From NCBI GenBank assembly GCA_965231005.1, contig OZ246405.1, forward strand, positions 738,709 through 802,708: DNA of 64,000 nt, read 5' to 3'. How positions within the stretch are numbered: the first letter of the stretch is position 1; each line of letters opens with the position of its first letter. The position numbers were made by a program, and so were the translations under genes. Below are positions 1 through 10,242 of this stretch, piece after piece. The notes beneath the pieces are model-generated. The model was not told the origin of the DNA, made no database searches, and saw nothing but the letters and a program-made list of their open reading frames with translations. Origin of the DNA: an uncultured Gammaproteobacteria bacterium. GTDB taxonomy: Bacteria > Patescibacteriota > Patescibacteriia > Magasanikbacterales > UBA922.

Positions 1-597
1 ATTCTTTCAGGTGTAAAAAAACCACAGATAGTTATTTCGCCTGCATATGCAGACGATCAAGTCTTTCGAGTTTTTGACACCTTAGGAAATCAAATTGATG
101 AATATAGTATTGACGGTTTGCATGCAGGAGTAGACATTGCACTCGTCAATGCGCCCGATGGAAAAGAAAACATTGCAGCTGTTTATAAAGAAAAAAATGG
201 TGTTCACATTACACAATTCAATAGGGATATGGAGCCATCTTCGCATATTCCAGTTTCCTTTATTAAAAAACAGGCAAGACTTGAGGCAGGAGATATTGAT
301 GGTGATGGGCTTGAGGAATTTGTATTAAGTGGTGGAGTGGCTGAGACTCCTTGGGTTGCTACATACGAAATGGATGGTTCTTTGCTCAGACAGTTTTGGG
401 GGACTGATCCAGGATATACTCGTGGTATAGAGGTCAAACTAGGGGATTATGACCAGGATGGAAAAGATGATATATTTATTCTTAAATCACATGGAGCAGA
501 GGAAATAACAGTTATGAGCGCTCAGGTAAGACCTATTAGTAGTGCAAATATTTCTGATAAAATGGCTAAAAATGGGCTTTTACTGCTTGTTGACTAG
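1..597 (+). CDS. FG-GAP/VCBS-like repeat protein, 3' portion; the reading frame is open back to window position 1 so the gene begins upstream
   Basis: The frame of the 118..597 ORF has no stop back to nt 1, and the track 'M' at 118 is TTG. Repeated DGDG/DQDGKDD Ca-binding-like motifs flanked by hydrophobic beta-strand segments (DIDGDGLEEFVLSGG, GDYDQDGKDDIFILK) are typical of FG-GAP repeats. Confidence 0.45.
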   Translation: MLSGVKKPQIVISPAYADDQVFRVFDTLGNQIDEYSIDGLHAGVDIALVNAPDGKENIAAVYKEKNGVHITQFNRDMEPSSHIPVSFIKKQARLEAGDIDGDGLEEFVLSGGVAETPWVATYEMDGSLLRQFWGTDPGYTRGIEVKLGDYDQDGKDDIFILKSHGAEEITVMSAQVRPISSANISDKMAKNGLLLLVD

Positions 598-705
598 GAG
601 ATCTTGACGAAGATGCAAAAATACGCTATACTCTTTGCACCTTAGCTATCTAGATCTGACCAGAGTGGATGAGTCAGATTCAATATCCTTATATAATAAA
701 AAAAT

Positions 706-1011
706 ATGTTTGCAGTAGTTCAGACAGGTGGAAAACAGTACTTGTTAAAGACTGGTGACACCATTTCAATCGAAAAAATTGATGGAGATGTTGGTTCAGC
801 AGTTGAGTTTGACAAAGTCCTTTTGACAGCAAATGACGATGGAACTGACGTAAAAATCGGGACTCCATACTTGGATGGTGTTACTATCAAAGGAACTGTC
901 GAAGCGCAGGGTCGTGATAAAAAGATTCGTGTTGTAAAGTATAAACGAAAAGTACGATATAAACGTGTCCTTGGTCATCGTCAGCATAAGACAAAAGTGA
1001 CAATAGCGTAA
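706..1011 (+). CDS. rplU: 50S ribosomal protein L21
   Basis: The N-terminus MFAVVQTGGKQYLLKTGDTI and the ~100-aa length match bL21. Confidence 0.9.
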   Translation: MFAVVQTGGKQYLLKTGDTISIEKIDGDVGSAVEFDKVLLTANDDGTDVKIGTPYLDGVTIKGTVEAQGRDKKIRVVKYKRKVRYKRVLGHRQHKTKVTIA

Positions 1012-1047
1012 TTACACCTATTAAAAAATTCCCCATATTGGGGAATT

Positions 1048-1653
1048 TTATTTTTTTGTCGATGTCCTGTGTTTTAATGCACTTGCCAATGTTATTTCAT
1101 CTGCATATTGCAGATCACTCCCCATTGGAAGTCCACGTGCCAGGCGCGTTATCTTGACGCTCGGAAATTCTCGAGAGATATGCTGCTCTAAAAACATCAT
1201 TGTTGTTTCACCTGTCATATCTGGACTAAGTCCTAATATTACCTCTGTTACTCCGTGTGTCTTTATTCGATGAATGAGTTCTTTTATTTTCAAATGATGA
1301 AGTTTTGTTTCTTTTGCTGGATTTATCACTCCTCGGAGAACATGATATAAACCAGCATATGCGTTTGTCTTTTCAATAACTTGAACATCTTGAGAAGCAA
1401 CCACAACACAGATTTTTGTTGTATCTCTTTTTTTGTCTGAACACACCATACATGGTGATTGGTCAGAAAAGTCCCAACAAACATTGCAACTTTTTATTGT
1501 TTCAATAAGTTTCTTTAAAGAAAGTGTCAGTTCTGCTACATCTTTTTTTCCTGATTTCAGCAAATAGAAAACAAACCGCTCAGCAGTTCTTTGCCCAACG
1601 GTTGGTAATTTACTAAACGAACGAATGAGTTGTTCAATAGGTTCTGGATACAT
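1048..1653 (-). CDS. recR: recombination protein RecR
   Basis: A helix-hairpin-helix N-terminus (LPTVGQRTAERFVFYLL), a C4 zinc finger (CNVCWDFSD...CMVCSD) and a Toprim-like C-terminal half, at ~200 aa. Confidence 0.9.
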   Translation of the reverse strand: MYPEPIEQLIRSFSKLPTVGQRTAERFVFYLLKSGKKDVAELTLSLKKLIETIKSCNVCWDFSDQSPCMVCSDKKRDTTKICVVVASQDVQVIEKTNAYAGLYHVLRGVINPAKETKLHHLKIKELIHRIKTHGVTEVILGLSPDMTGETTMMFLEQHISREFPSVKITRLARGLPMGSDLQYADEITLASALKHRTSTKK

Positions 1654-1669
1654 GCTGTCTTGGATTGGT

Positions 1670-1966
1670 CTAATTTAGGCCAGGAATGTTTGGTAGTCCA
1701 CCCATTTCTTTCATTTTCATTGCCATAATACGTTGCATTTTTTTCAATGCATCCTTATGAGCGTCTTTTATTGCATGTTCTAACTTTGTCTTCATATTTA
1801 CTGCTAACAGGTCTTCATCAATGCTGATATCTGTAAGAGTAAGATTGCCATCGAGTGTCAGCGCAACGCCAGATGATTTTACTGTTGTCTGTTCTTTTGA
1901 AAGTGCATCCTGCATGGTTTTTGCTTGTGATCGGATGTCTTTGAATTGTTTGAGTTTGTTGAACAT
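1670..1966 (-). CDS. ybaB: nucleoid-associated protein YbaB/EbfC
   Basis: A 98-aa protein running MFNKLKQFKDIRSQAKTMQDAL ... GGLPNIPGL, which is characteristic of the YbaB family. It lies immediately upstream of recR, as is typical. Confidence 0.85.
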   Translation of the reverse strand: MFNKLKQFKDIRSQAKTMQDALSKEQTTVKSSGVALTLDGNLTLTDISIDEDLLAVNMKTKLEHAIKDAHKDALKKMQRIMAMKMKEMGGLPNIPGLN

Positions 1967-2057
1967 ATAAAAAGGCTTAAAAGGCTTTAAACGCCATAAA
2001 GGCCTAAAAGGCTTTTGTATTTAGCCTTTTGAGCCTTTATAGCTTTTTTAGCTTTTT

Positions 2058-3497
2058 TTAGAATGATGGAATACTTGTTGTTGGTTGTGGTGGTGATGAA
2101 GAAGGTGGTGGTGCATATCCATGGTGCTCAGTATCAAGGTCTTGGAAACTTGCCATTGTTTCTTCAAAAAATACCTTTACTTGTCCTGTTGGACCATTTC
2201 TATGTTTTGCAATATGTATTTCTGCAATATTACGTTCATCTGGAGGTATTTCTTCTAGTCGATAATTTCTGTCTGCAGCTTTTCTATACAAAAACATAAC
2301 AACGTCAGCATCTTGTTCAATACTACCAGATTCACGCAAATGTGCAAGTTTTGGTATAGCAGGCTTGCTTTGTTCCACCGCACGAGAGAGCTGTGAAAGT
2401 GCAAGAACAGGAACATCGAGCTCTCTGGCAATTCCTTTTAAATTTCTACTCATAACAGCAACTTCTTGTACACGATTGTTTGACCATTTTGAGTTGTGTG
2501 ATTCCATAAGTTGCATATAGTCAATCACAATCAGTCCTAGACCATGTTCTGCTTGGAGTCGTCGGGCTTTGCTTCGGATTTGCATAACAGTATTTCCAGG
2601 TGTGTCATCAATGAAAATTTTTGCTTCAGAAAGAACACCCATGGCTTTTCCAATTCTTGGAAAATCTTCACTTCCTGGTCTGTCAGAAAGATTCCCAGTA
2701 CGGAGTTTCCAAAGATCAACACCAGCTTCTGCACACAAAAGACGATCAACAAGTTGTTCCTTGCTCATTTCCAGTGAGAAAAATCCAACAGATGTTTTTC
2801 CATGTAAGGCTGCTTCACGAACAAAATCTAACGCAAGAGATGTCTTTCCAACAGATGGTCTGGCAGCAAGAATAATAAGATCAGACTTTTGTAATCCAGA
2901 AAGAAGGTTATCAAGTTTTTTAAATCCTGTTGGCACACCGCGCATTTTTCCTTTGTCTCTGTGGAGTTCATCAATACGTTCAAATGCACCACTAAGTACG
3001 GTTGTAATAGGTGTGAAACTTTGTCGGAGGTGTTTTTGTGTTACAGAATACAGCTGTTGCTGCGCTTCATCCAAAATTTTATCAACATCATCTTTTTCTT
3101 CATCATATCCAAGTGCAGTAATATCGTGTGCTGCTTGAAGTAATTTTCTTAGTGTTGATTTTTTTTCAATGATTTTTGCGTACTGTCCTATGTGTGAGGT
3201 CGTTGGGACAGCATTGCTTAGTTTGATAAGATAGCTTCTTCCTCCAACATCATCTATTTGATTTTTTTCTTCAAGTCTATTTCCAACTGTCAGCACATCA
3301 ATAGGCTCATTTTTATTGTGAAGTTCAAGTATTGTTTCAAAAATGGTAGAGTGAGCTTTTTTATAAAAATCCTCAGGAGAAATTGCATCTGAAATTTTAA
3401 ACATTGCTTCTTTATCAAGCAAAATAGAACCAATAAAAGACATCTCAGCTTCGAGGTTTTGTGGAGGTATTTTTCCTGTGTCTAATGTGGAGGTCAT
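2058..3497 (-). CDS. dnaB: replicative DNA helicase DnaB, with an unusual C-terminal Pro/Ser-rich tail
   Basis: The DnaB N-terminal motif PPQNLEAEMSFIGSILLD is present. The Walker A (AARPSVGKTSLAL) and RecA-like C-terminal domain are present. The ORF-track start at 3542 was trimmed to the in-frame ATG at 3497 (MTSTLDTGKIPPQN). The protein ends with ...HHGYAPPPSSSPPQPTTSIPSF. Confidence 0.9.
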   Translation of the reverse strand: MTSTLDTGKIPPQNLEAEMSFIGSILLDKEAMFKISDAISPEDFYKKAHSTIFETILELHNKNEPIDVLTVGNRLEEKNQIDDVGGRSYLIKLSNAVPTTSHIGQYAKIIEKKSTLRKLLQAAHDITALGYDEEKDDVDKILDEAQQQLYSVTQKHLRQSFTPITTVLSGAFERIDELHRDKGKMRGVPTGFKKLDNLLSGLQKSDLIILAARPSVGKTSLALDFVREAALHGKTSVGFFSLEMSKEQLVDRLLCAEAGVDLWKLRTGNLSDRPGSEDFPRIGKAMGVLSEAKIFIDDTPGNTVMQIRSKARRLQAEHGLGLIVIDYMQLMESHNSKWSNNRVQEVAVMSRNLKGIARELDVPVLALSQLSRAVEQSKPAIPKLAHLRESGSIEQDADVVMFLYRKAADRNYRLEEIPPDERNIAEIHIAKHRNGPTGQVKVFFEETMASFQDLDTEHHGYAPPPSSSPPQPTTSIPSF

Positions 3498-3647
3498 AGT
3501 ACAAAAATATGCCCTCCTGAATCCATCATATCGTAAGCACATACATTATTCAAACACCATTCTTGGATAAGATGTGGGGAATATGTGAACAATATGAGAA
3601 ATAGCCTTAGATTGCTTCTTTTTGATCATTCTTTTATAATCCAAGGT

Positions 3648-4835
3648 ATGAAAATATGTATCATAAATAATCTCTACCCTCCGAACGCGCGAGGTGGTGC
3701 AGAGCAGGTAGTAAGTAAGACCGTCGAAGGTCTTGTTCATGCTGGACATGATGTTGTTGTCATTACAACCACGCCAGATGGCGATTGGTCAGAGGCAAAT
3801 GATCAGGTTACTATTTACAGATTTAAACCAAGAAATATCTATTATTATATACATGCGCATAAGCATAATATTTTGTTTAGATTTATGTGGCATGTTGTAA
3901 ATATGTTTCATGTTGGGGCTGCCCGGCATGTAAAAAAGATTTTGCAAATAGAAAAGCCTGATGTTGTTCATACGCATAATCTTATGGGACTCAGTTTTCT
4001 TATTCCAAGAATTATAAAACAACTTGGTTTGCGACATTTGCATACGGTACATGATGTCCAATTAGTTGAACCAAGTGGTGTTATTTTAAAGTCAGAAGAA
4101 ACAAGTTGGCGGTACAATGGGTTTCCAACAAAAATATATAGTTGGATTACACGAACATTGTTTGGTTCTCCAGATGTTGTTATTTCTCCTTCGCAATTTT
4201 TGTTAGACTTCTATTCATCAAGAAATTTTTTCAAGAATTCTCCATACGTTGTTGTTCGCAATCCAATTCCATTTGATTTTTCTTCTGAACGTCATAACCT
4301 AGAAAAAGGAGAAAAGTTTCGATTGTTATATGTTGGACAAATCGAACATCACAAAGGCATTGTGTTTCTTGCAGAAGTATTTTCATCGTTAACAAATATT
4401 GATGCCGAGCTGCACATTGTTGGAAATGGGTCATTGTTTGATGATGTGAAAAAGATTGCAAATGACAATGAAAAAATTCATGCGCATGGACGTTTGAACA
4501 GACAAGAAGTTGCCTCATTGTTTCAACAGTCTGACATGACAATTGTTCCTTCGCGATGTTATGAAAATTCTCCAACTGTTATTTTTGAAAGTTTTTATTT
4601 TGGTGTTCCTGTCCTTGCGAGCAGAATCGAAGGTATTGCTGAGTTGATCCGAGAAGGGGAGAATGGTGTAACATTTGTTGCAGATGATAAAGAATCATTA
4701 AAAGAAAAAATACTATGGTGCACACAGTCAAAAACACATCTTGAAAATATGGCAAAAAAAACACGCGATTCTTTACGCGGGTTGTCAGAAGGGGAGTATG
4801 TTGAGCGATTGTTGTCGCATTATAAAAATAATTAA
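3648..4835 (+). CDS. GT4-family glycosyltransferase (GT-B fold)
   Basis: The N-terminus MKICIINNLYPPNARGGAEQVV and the ~400-aa GT4/GT1 architecture. The start was trimmed from 3585 to the ATG at 3648. Confidence 0.8.
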   Translation: MKICIINNLYPPNARGGAEQVVSKTVEGLVHAGHDVVVITTTPDGDWSEANDQVTIYRFKPRNIYYYIHAHKHNILFRFMWHVVNMFHVGAARHVKKILQIEKPDVVHTHNLMGLSFLIPRIIKQLGLRHLHTVHDVQLVEPSGVILKSEETSWRYNGFPTKIYSWITRTLFGSPDVVISPSQFLLDFYSSRNFFKNSPYVVVRNPIPFDFSSERHNLEKGEKFRLLYVGQIEHHKGIVFLAEVFSSLTNIDAELHIVGNGSLFDDVKKIANDNEKIHAHGRLNRQEVASLFQQSDMTIVPSRCYENSPTVIFESFYFGVPVLASRIEGIAELIREGENGVTFVADDKESLKEKILWCTQSKTHLENMAKKTRDSLRGLSEGEYVERLLSHYKNN

Positions 4836-6913
4836 ATCGTATACTCAAAAATCCAAATATCACCATCATCAATAACATGCCAACTATCGGCTGTTTTTTT
4901 TGCGCCTTCTATAATCTTGTCTGAGTCTGCCCAATACGAATTAAGAACAAAATAAGCTTTTTCTGCTCCAGTCATACTCATTGCCTTTTCCATATATTCT
5001 CTTTTTTGTCCTTTGTATAGCATATTTCCATATTCTTGATACAATGGACCGCCAGTAGGAATGGAATAATAAAAAAGTTCACCTTGATCTGTTTGAAAGT
5101 GGTGGGCAAAACTGTAGTACTCGAGCGCTGCTGCAGATACTAATTGATTTGCAAGGACAACATAATTGTATTCACTATTTTGATCATGGATCCACTGTAC
5201 AGCGCTTGCATCGGTAGCTGTTACATTTAATCCTGGAAAGCGAGCTTTTTGGTTGTGCTGTGGATAGGCAAGATACAAAGAGAGCATTAGTATGACAGAT
5301 GAGGAAATGACAACAAAGGATTGATATTTTTTGTTTTTTATTTTTTCAAGAACAATATACAGTCCGTACATTGCACATGGGAACAAGAAGAGCAGTGATG
5401 CCTTTATTAGGCGCAATGGATAATCACCTTGTTCATATGCAGCAACGTTTGGAAATACAAACCAACTTCGTAACAGCCAGGCACTTGCTATCATTCCCAA
5501 AAAAGCTGCAACAAGAAGCTGGATTGTCGCATTCTTTCTCTTTTTTATAAAACCAATAAAAGCAAATATCAAAAATACAACCGGAATAAGAGATTGCCAT
5601 GTGTACAAAACTTCAAAATATATTGCTGCTTGTTTTGCATACCAATATGGCTGTGCAAACAGAGAAAGAACATGGTCAATAGAAGTAAATGGATTTTGAA
5701 TGTTGGGAAGTGGCTGACCAGATAACAATAATTGTAGTGTAAAAAGAATTGGAAGAAGAATTGCAATGTCAAATATAAGAGATAGGAGCAAACTTTTTAT
5801 TGCTTTTTTTTCATTATATTTTTGTATTAAAAATGCATAAAACACGAAAAGGACGATTGGTGCCCCTATGAGTGGGTGGATTGATATTGCTGTTATTGAT
5901 AAAAGAATCGGGATATGAAAAGGAATACTTTTCTGTAAATAAAGGATAGTTGAAAAAATTGTTATGAGACTTATGAGAAGGGCAAGATTGTATGGTGTTG
6001 TAAGGTGAAAGAATAAAAATGGTAGAAAAATAACAAAAAGTGCAAGCGGATGTGCGAATTTTTTTGTAATAGCAAATCCATGTTTTAATGTTGCTGGAAT
6101 GATTGCTGGGAGTGTAAGCGATGCAAGGACAGGGACAAGATACACATCAATATAAAATAAAGGAATTGCAGTTACATTTGATAGCCAAACAACAAAACTA
6201 TATTGTCCAATGTAGTATGGTTGTTTTGGGTGGATAAAACCAAAAATTTGAATCCATTGTTCTGTTGCTCGGTGAATAAATGCATCAAATCCAAAGCCAA
6301 GTTTATAGATTATTGCTGCAACACTGTATGTGGCAAAGAAATGTACGGCAATAGATATGAACCGTGTTATAGTATTTTTGCTTTTGCTTACAAACATCAA
6401 TAGCAACCCTGTTGCGAGTGCATACAAAATAAAAAATTGAGGTGACAATGCATGCCATGGTGAACGCAAGAGTCCATCAGTACTTCCCAGAAAGAGCATT
6501 GCTATGAGTGCGATTTCAATTAAGACAAAAAAAACAAACGTTCGTTGTGTTGTTTCTTCTTCTTTTTTCCAAGATATTTGCGGAAGTTCTAGATGAGAAA
6601 TAAATCTAAAACCAGTGATGATAGGAAGCCACAAAACAAACAGGCTTGTTACTGGGGTTATTGCATGTATATAATAGAGAAGTGAGTTCGCAATAATAAG
6701 ATAAAGAAGCGATACAAGCATTGACCAGGCGAACACCTGTGTTTGTGCTTCAATCTTTTTTTGAATAATACTTGCGATTATTGTTGTTAAACCAAAAACA
6801 AAAATAACAAGTCCAGTAATGCCAAGGATAATTCCTTGTGAAAAAAGATTTGCACTCAAAAGAAACGCTCCAACAGCATATATTGAAATAAGTTGTCGTC
6901 TTGCAAGATACAT
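4832..6913 (-). CDS. polytopic membrane protein (>12 predicted TM helices) with a C-terminal soluble domain; putative GT-C-type glycosyltransferase
   Basis: A 693-aa protein with an extremely hydrophobic N-terminal ~520 aa followed by a ~170-aa hydrophilic C-terminal domain. It sits inside a glycan-biosynthesis locus. The family assignment is inference only. Confidence 0.4.
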   Translation of the reverse strand: MYLARRQLISIYAVGAFLLSANLFSQGIILGITGLVIFVFGLTTIIASIIQKKIEAQTQVFAWSMLVSLLYLIIANSLLYYIHAITPVTSLFVLWLPIITGFRFISHLELPQISWKKEEETTQRTFVFFVLIEIALIAMLFLGSTDGLLRSPWHALSPQFFILYALATGLLLMFVSKSKNTITRFISIAVHFFATYSVAAIIYKLGFGFDAFIHRATEQWIQIFGFIHPKQPYYIGQYSFVVWLSNVTAIPLFYIDVYLVPVLASLTLPAIIPATLKHGFAITKKFAHPLALFVIFLPFLFFHLTTPYNLALLISLITIFSTILYLQKSIPFHIPILLSITAISIHPLIGAPIVLFVFYAFLIQKYNEKKAIKSLLLSLIFDIAILLPILFTLQLLLSGQPLPNIQNPFTSIDHVLSLFAQPYWYAKQAAIYFEVLYTWQSLIPVVFLIFAFIGFIKKRKNATIQLLVAAFLGMIASAWLLRSWFVFPNVAAYEQGDYPLRLIKASLLFLFPCAMYGLYIVLEKIKNKKYQSFVVISSSVILMLSLYLAYPQHNQKARFPGLNVTATDASAVQWIHDQNSEYNYVVLANQLVSAAALEYYSFAHHFQTDQGELFYYSIPTGGPLYQEYGNMLYKGQKREYMEKAMSMTGAEKAYFVLNSYWADSDKIIEGAKKTADSWHVIDDGDIWIFEYTI

Positions 6914-6952
6914 TGCTTTTTCAAATATTTCACAATATAATATAGCAGAATT

Positions 6953-9196
6953 ATGAAAATATTACGAAAGTACAATCATCTTATATCGCTGTTGCTAGCG
7001 CTTGTTTCTCTCTATGGCCTATATATGGTCTTAGGGCCAGGGTCTCACCCTATTGTGGGCTGGCTATCTTTTTTTCTCTATATTGGCGTTGTTGGATATT
7101 GGTGGCAATGGATTTTTCATCGTATCTTTGGCATACATAGGGGTTCGCTTATTGGGAGAGCATACAGTTATATTTCTGCAATACTATTACTTGGATTTGT
7201 TACGTCTATATGGGTTGTGTGGTATAGGATTACCCCAGAGATCCTGTGGTGGAATTATACTGCGGTTGGATTTCTGAGTTATGGGTTGACCTATGTTTCT
7301 CGTTCTCTTAAGTCAAAAAAAATAAAAATAAAAAATACTCGTCCATATTTTACAGCAAACAATGGGTTAATACTCTTATATGTTGTTTCTTGGATTATTG
7401 GGATGTACCTTCTCTTTTCTTCAAAGAGTGGCGAGATTCTTTTTTCTCCATGGCAAACAATTTCGTCTTGGTTTTTCTTAATATACTTCTTTGCTTTTTT
7501 CTTACTGGGTATTATCATTTGTTCTCGTCATAAAAAGATTGTTATTTTAGGACTCCTCATATTTCATTCTTTTCTTATCCACGCGTATCTTCCACTTTCA
7601 CACACACAACCGTGGGGTGGTGATGTCTGGCGTATTATTGCTGCAGAAGAACAGTTATCAAACGGCGAGGCAATACTTCCTGTTATTGCAGGTCCTGAAA
7701 TGAAAACGCGTCCACTCTTTGGTATGGATGTGCCAGAAGCACTCTTGATTCCACATAAATATACATATGGACATCTTTGGGGAACGTCTATCCTTTTTGA
7801 AAAAACACTGCAGGTTGATTTGAAAACAATCAACATATGGCTTGTTCCACTGTTGTGGACCTTAGCTATACCAATTATTTTTTATAGAATAGGAATTCTC
7901 TTATTTCATTCAGAACGGCGTGCGTTAACATTGGTGTGGTTAAGTAGTATTCCATTTTCCTTGCAAGCACTTGGCGCATTAACACTCCCAGTGAGCTTGG
8001 GGTATATTGTTTTCTTTTTTGTGCTTAGTTTGCTTATACAATATATCCAAGAAGAAAAGCCATGGCAACGAAATGTTGTATTGTTGTTTTCTTTTCTCAT
8101 GTTTTTTGGCTATGCACTTCACGCGATACTTATATGGGTGAGTATGTTGTGTAGTTTCTTATTCATATTTCTTGCAAAACAATCATTTATAATGAAGCTA
8201 AGTAGAAAAGTGTCATGGAAGCGGATTGTCCGAGGTATTTTTACAATATTGGCAATTGGTATTATTCCTGTGATTGAATATGTTTCAATTGGCAAGGCAT
8301 ATCTTTCATCTGATATTATTGCTCGAATCAAACAAATGATAGGGCAATTGAGTGGATGGTTTTATGCTAGTATGATTCGTCCTCATGATATTGTGAGTGG
8401 AAATATTATTTTCAATCATACACCTGATTATGCATTCGTTGGAAATATATTTTCAACCATTCGTTTCCACGTTCCATTTTTCATGGTATTGATTTGGATA
8501 CTATTCATGTGTGCATGGGTTTATTGGTTTGCACATACAGAAAAAAAACAGTGGCATGTATTTGCATGCCTTTCTAGCACAGTAGTTGGTGGATATATTA
8601 TTGGCTGGTTTGTACTCGAAGGTGACCGATTATTTACTCGGCGATTAGATACAATGATATCTTTTCTTCTTATTATTGCTGCAATATATACTGCAAAAAA
8701 ATATAGAGGACATCTTAAAAAATATTTTTCACCCCTAACGGTTCTTATTAGTATTTTTCTTTTGAGTTGGTTTGGAACAACGACATTTGCTTCAGGGCCT
8801 GACTTGCGTGTGATAAGTAATGATGAATATCATATGGCATCATTTGTTTCTTCACAGATAGATCAACATGCATCACATCATTGTATTCTTGCTGATTCGT
8901 GGTTGCTGTTGTCAGTAGAAGCACTTACACATGGAAGAATCGTTGGAGGTGGTTTTCCAATTGATTATCAATTTGGTCAACCAGAGTTAACAAAGCTGTA
9001 TTCATCATTTCCTGATAATCCAGAACAGACTGTGCAAGATATGGCATTGGTAACACAGTCAGATAGTTGTATTGTAGTACTTGCAGGATTATCGCCAGAA
9101 AAAAAGGAAAAGATAAGTGATTTTGTGGGTGAATCCATTGGGTCATTTGGAGAAACGATTGCATGGAATATGGACTTGAAAAAACCAAGTGAGTAG
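6953..9196 (+). CDS. polytopic membrane protein (multi-TM) with a C-terminal soluble domain; putative GT-C-type glycosyltransferase, divergent from its neighbour
   Basis: A 747-aa protein with many hydrophobic segments and a hydrophilic C-terminal ~200 aa. It is divergently transcribed from the similar-architecture gene at 4832..6913. Confidence 0.4.
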   Translation: MKILRKYNHLISLLLALVSLYGLYMVLGPGSHPIVGWLSFFLYIGVVGYWWQWIFHRIFGIHRGSLIGRAYSYISAILLLGFVTSIWVVWYRITPEILWWNYTAVGFLSYGLTYVSRSLKSKKIKIKNTRPYFTANNGLILLYVVSWIIGMYLLFSSKSGEILFSPWQTISSWFFLIYFFAFFLLGIIICSRHKKIVILGLLIFHSFLIHAYLPLSHTQPWGGDVWRIIAAEEQLSNGEAILPVIAGPEMKTRPLFGMDVPEALLIPHKYTYGHLWGTSILFEKTLQVDLKTINIWLVPLLWTLAIPIIFYRIGILLFHSERRALTLVWLSSIPFSLQALGALTLPVSLGYIVFFFVLSLLIQYIQEEKPWQRNVVLLFSFLMFFGYALHAILIWVSMLCSFLFIFLAKQSFIMKLSRKVSWKRIVRGIFTILAIGIIPVIEYVSIGKAYLSSDIIARIKQMIGQLSGWFYASMIRPHDIVSGNIIFNHTPDYAFVGNIFSTIRFHVPFFMVLIWILFMCAWVYWFAHTEKKQWHVFACLSSTVVGGYIIGWFVLEGDRLFTRRLDTMISFLLIIAAIYTAKKYRGHLKKYFSPLTVLISIFLLSWFGTTTFASGPDLRVISNDEYHMASFVSSQIDQHASHHCILADSWLLLSVEALTHGRIVGGGFPIDYQFGQPELTKLYSSFPDNPEQTVQDMALVTQSDSCIVVLAGLSPEKKEKISDFVGESIGSFGETIAWNMDLKKPSE

Positions 9197-9232
9197 GGTA
9201 AGGTAGGGGTAATAATATAACCATACATAAAT

Positions 9233-9637
9233 ATGAATGATTGTATTTTTTGTAAAATTGTTAACAATGAAATTCCTAATCATACTGTGTATGAAGATGG
9301 ACAAACATTGGCATTTTTAGATATTCATCCGCGTTCAAAAGGACACACAGTTGTCATTCCAAAAGTTCATGCAGAAACGTTATTTGATTTTGACGAAGAG
9401 TTAGCAAAAGCAATGCTTCCTGCAGTTAAAAAGACAATGGAAAAAATCAATAGTGTTCTTCACCCAGATGGATATAGTGTTGGATGGAATCATGGAGAAG
9501 CTGGTGGGCAAGTCGTCCCACATCTTCATGTTCATATTATGCCTCGCTGGAATGGTGATGAGGGAGGCAATCAACATTCCATTATAAATAATCCTGGTGA
9601 CAAGACTGTTGAAGAGGTTGCTCAACTATTTGCCTAA
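9233..9637 (+). CDS. HIT-family (histidine triad) nucleotide hydrolase/transferase
   Basis: The HxHxHxx motif HLHVHIM and the N-terminal CIFCKI at ~130 aa. Confidence 0.85.
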   Translation: MNDCIFCKIVNNEIPNHTVYEDGQTLAFLDIHPRSKGHTVVIPKVHAETLFDFDEELAKAMLPAVKKTMEKINSVLHPDGYSVGWNHGEAGGQVVPHLHVHIMPRWNGDEGGNQHSIINNPGDKTVEEVAQLFA

Positions 9638-9638
9638 T

Positions 9639-10238
9639 ATGCCAAAACAATTGAAAAAGATTTCTGAAGAAGTAGTTCATGAGAATCCTTGGTTTTTATA
9701 CAAGCATGATAAATATGAACTTCCCGAAGGTGGAGAGGGTGATTATTATTATGCTGAAACAAATGGCGCTGCTATTGTCGTCCCTGTCCGAGAAGATGGA
9801 AGAATTGTTCTGGTTGTGCAGAGTCGTTATCTGGCTGAAAAACAAAGTATTGAATTTCCTGCAGGGTCGGTTCTCCATGGAATGGAGATCGTAGATACAG
9901 CTCGGGCAGAACTGCGAGAAGAAACAGGTTGGGAAGCAGATGAGATGCAAAAGATAGGTGTGTTTGCAGAGTCCAATTGTTATATAAAAGGAATGCAACA
10001 TGTGTTTCTTACCAATGTTACTGAGCAACATCAGCAAGATCCAGAACCAGGTGAAGACATTGAAGTTATCTATAGAAGACCAGATGAGATTGTTGATATG
10101 ATTGAACGAGGTGATATTTGGTGTGGAAATACACTTGCTGCATGGGCACTCGCACAAAATTATTTTTTGTCTCGAGGATCTTCAGAAGCTGCCCCAAAAT
10201 TTAATGCATTATTTAAATTTTTCTTAGGAGAAGAATAG
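9639..10238 (+). CDS. NUDIX hydrolase (ADP-ribose pyrophosphatase-like)
   Basis: A Nudix box GX5EX7REUXEEXGU is present (ELREETGWEAD). The start was trimmed to the ATG at 9639, one nt after the HIT stop. Confidence 0.8.
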   Translation: MPKQLKKISEEVVHENPWFLYKHDKYELPEGGEGDYYYAETNGAAIVVPVREDGRIVLVVQSRYLAEKQSIEFPAGSVLHGMEIVDTARAELREETGWEADEMQKIGVFAESNCYIKGMQHVFLTNVTEQHQQDPEPGEDIEVIYRRPDEIVDMIERGDIWCGNTLAAWALAQNYFLSRGSSEAAPKFNALFKFFLGEE

Positions 10239-10242
10239 ATAT

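Noticed and set aside
2063-3143. Antisense ORFs within dnaB (2063..2299 +, 2544..2777 +, 2569..3138 +, 2621..2875 +, 2961..3143 +, 2537..2752 -).
   Set aside because: They lie inside and opposite a strongly supported DnaB coding region and have low-complexity composition.
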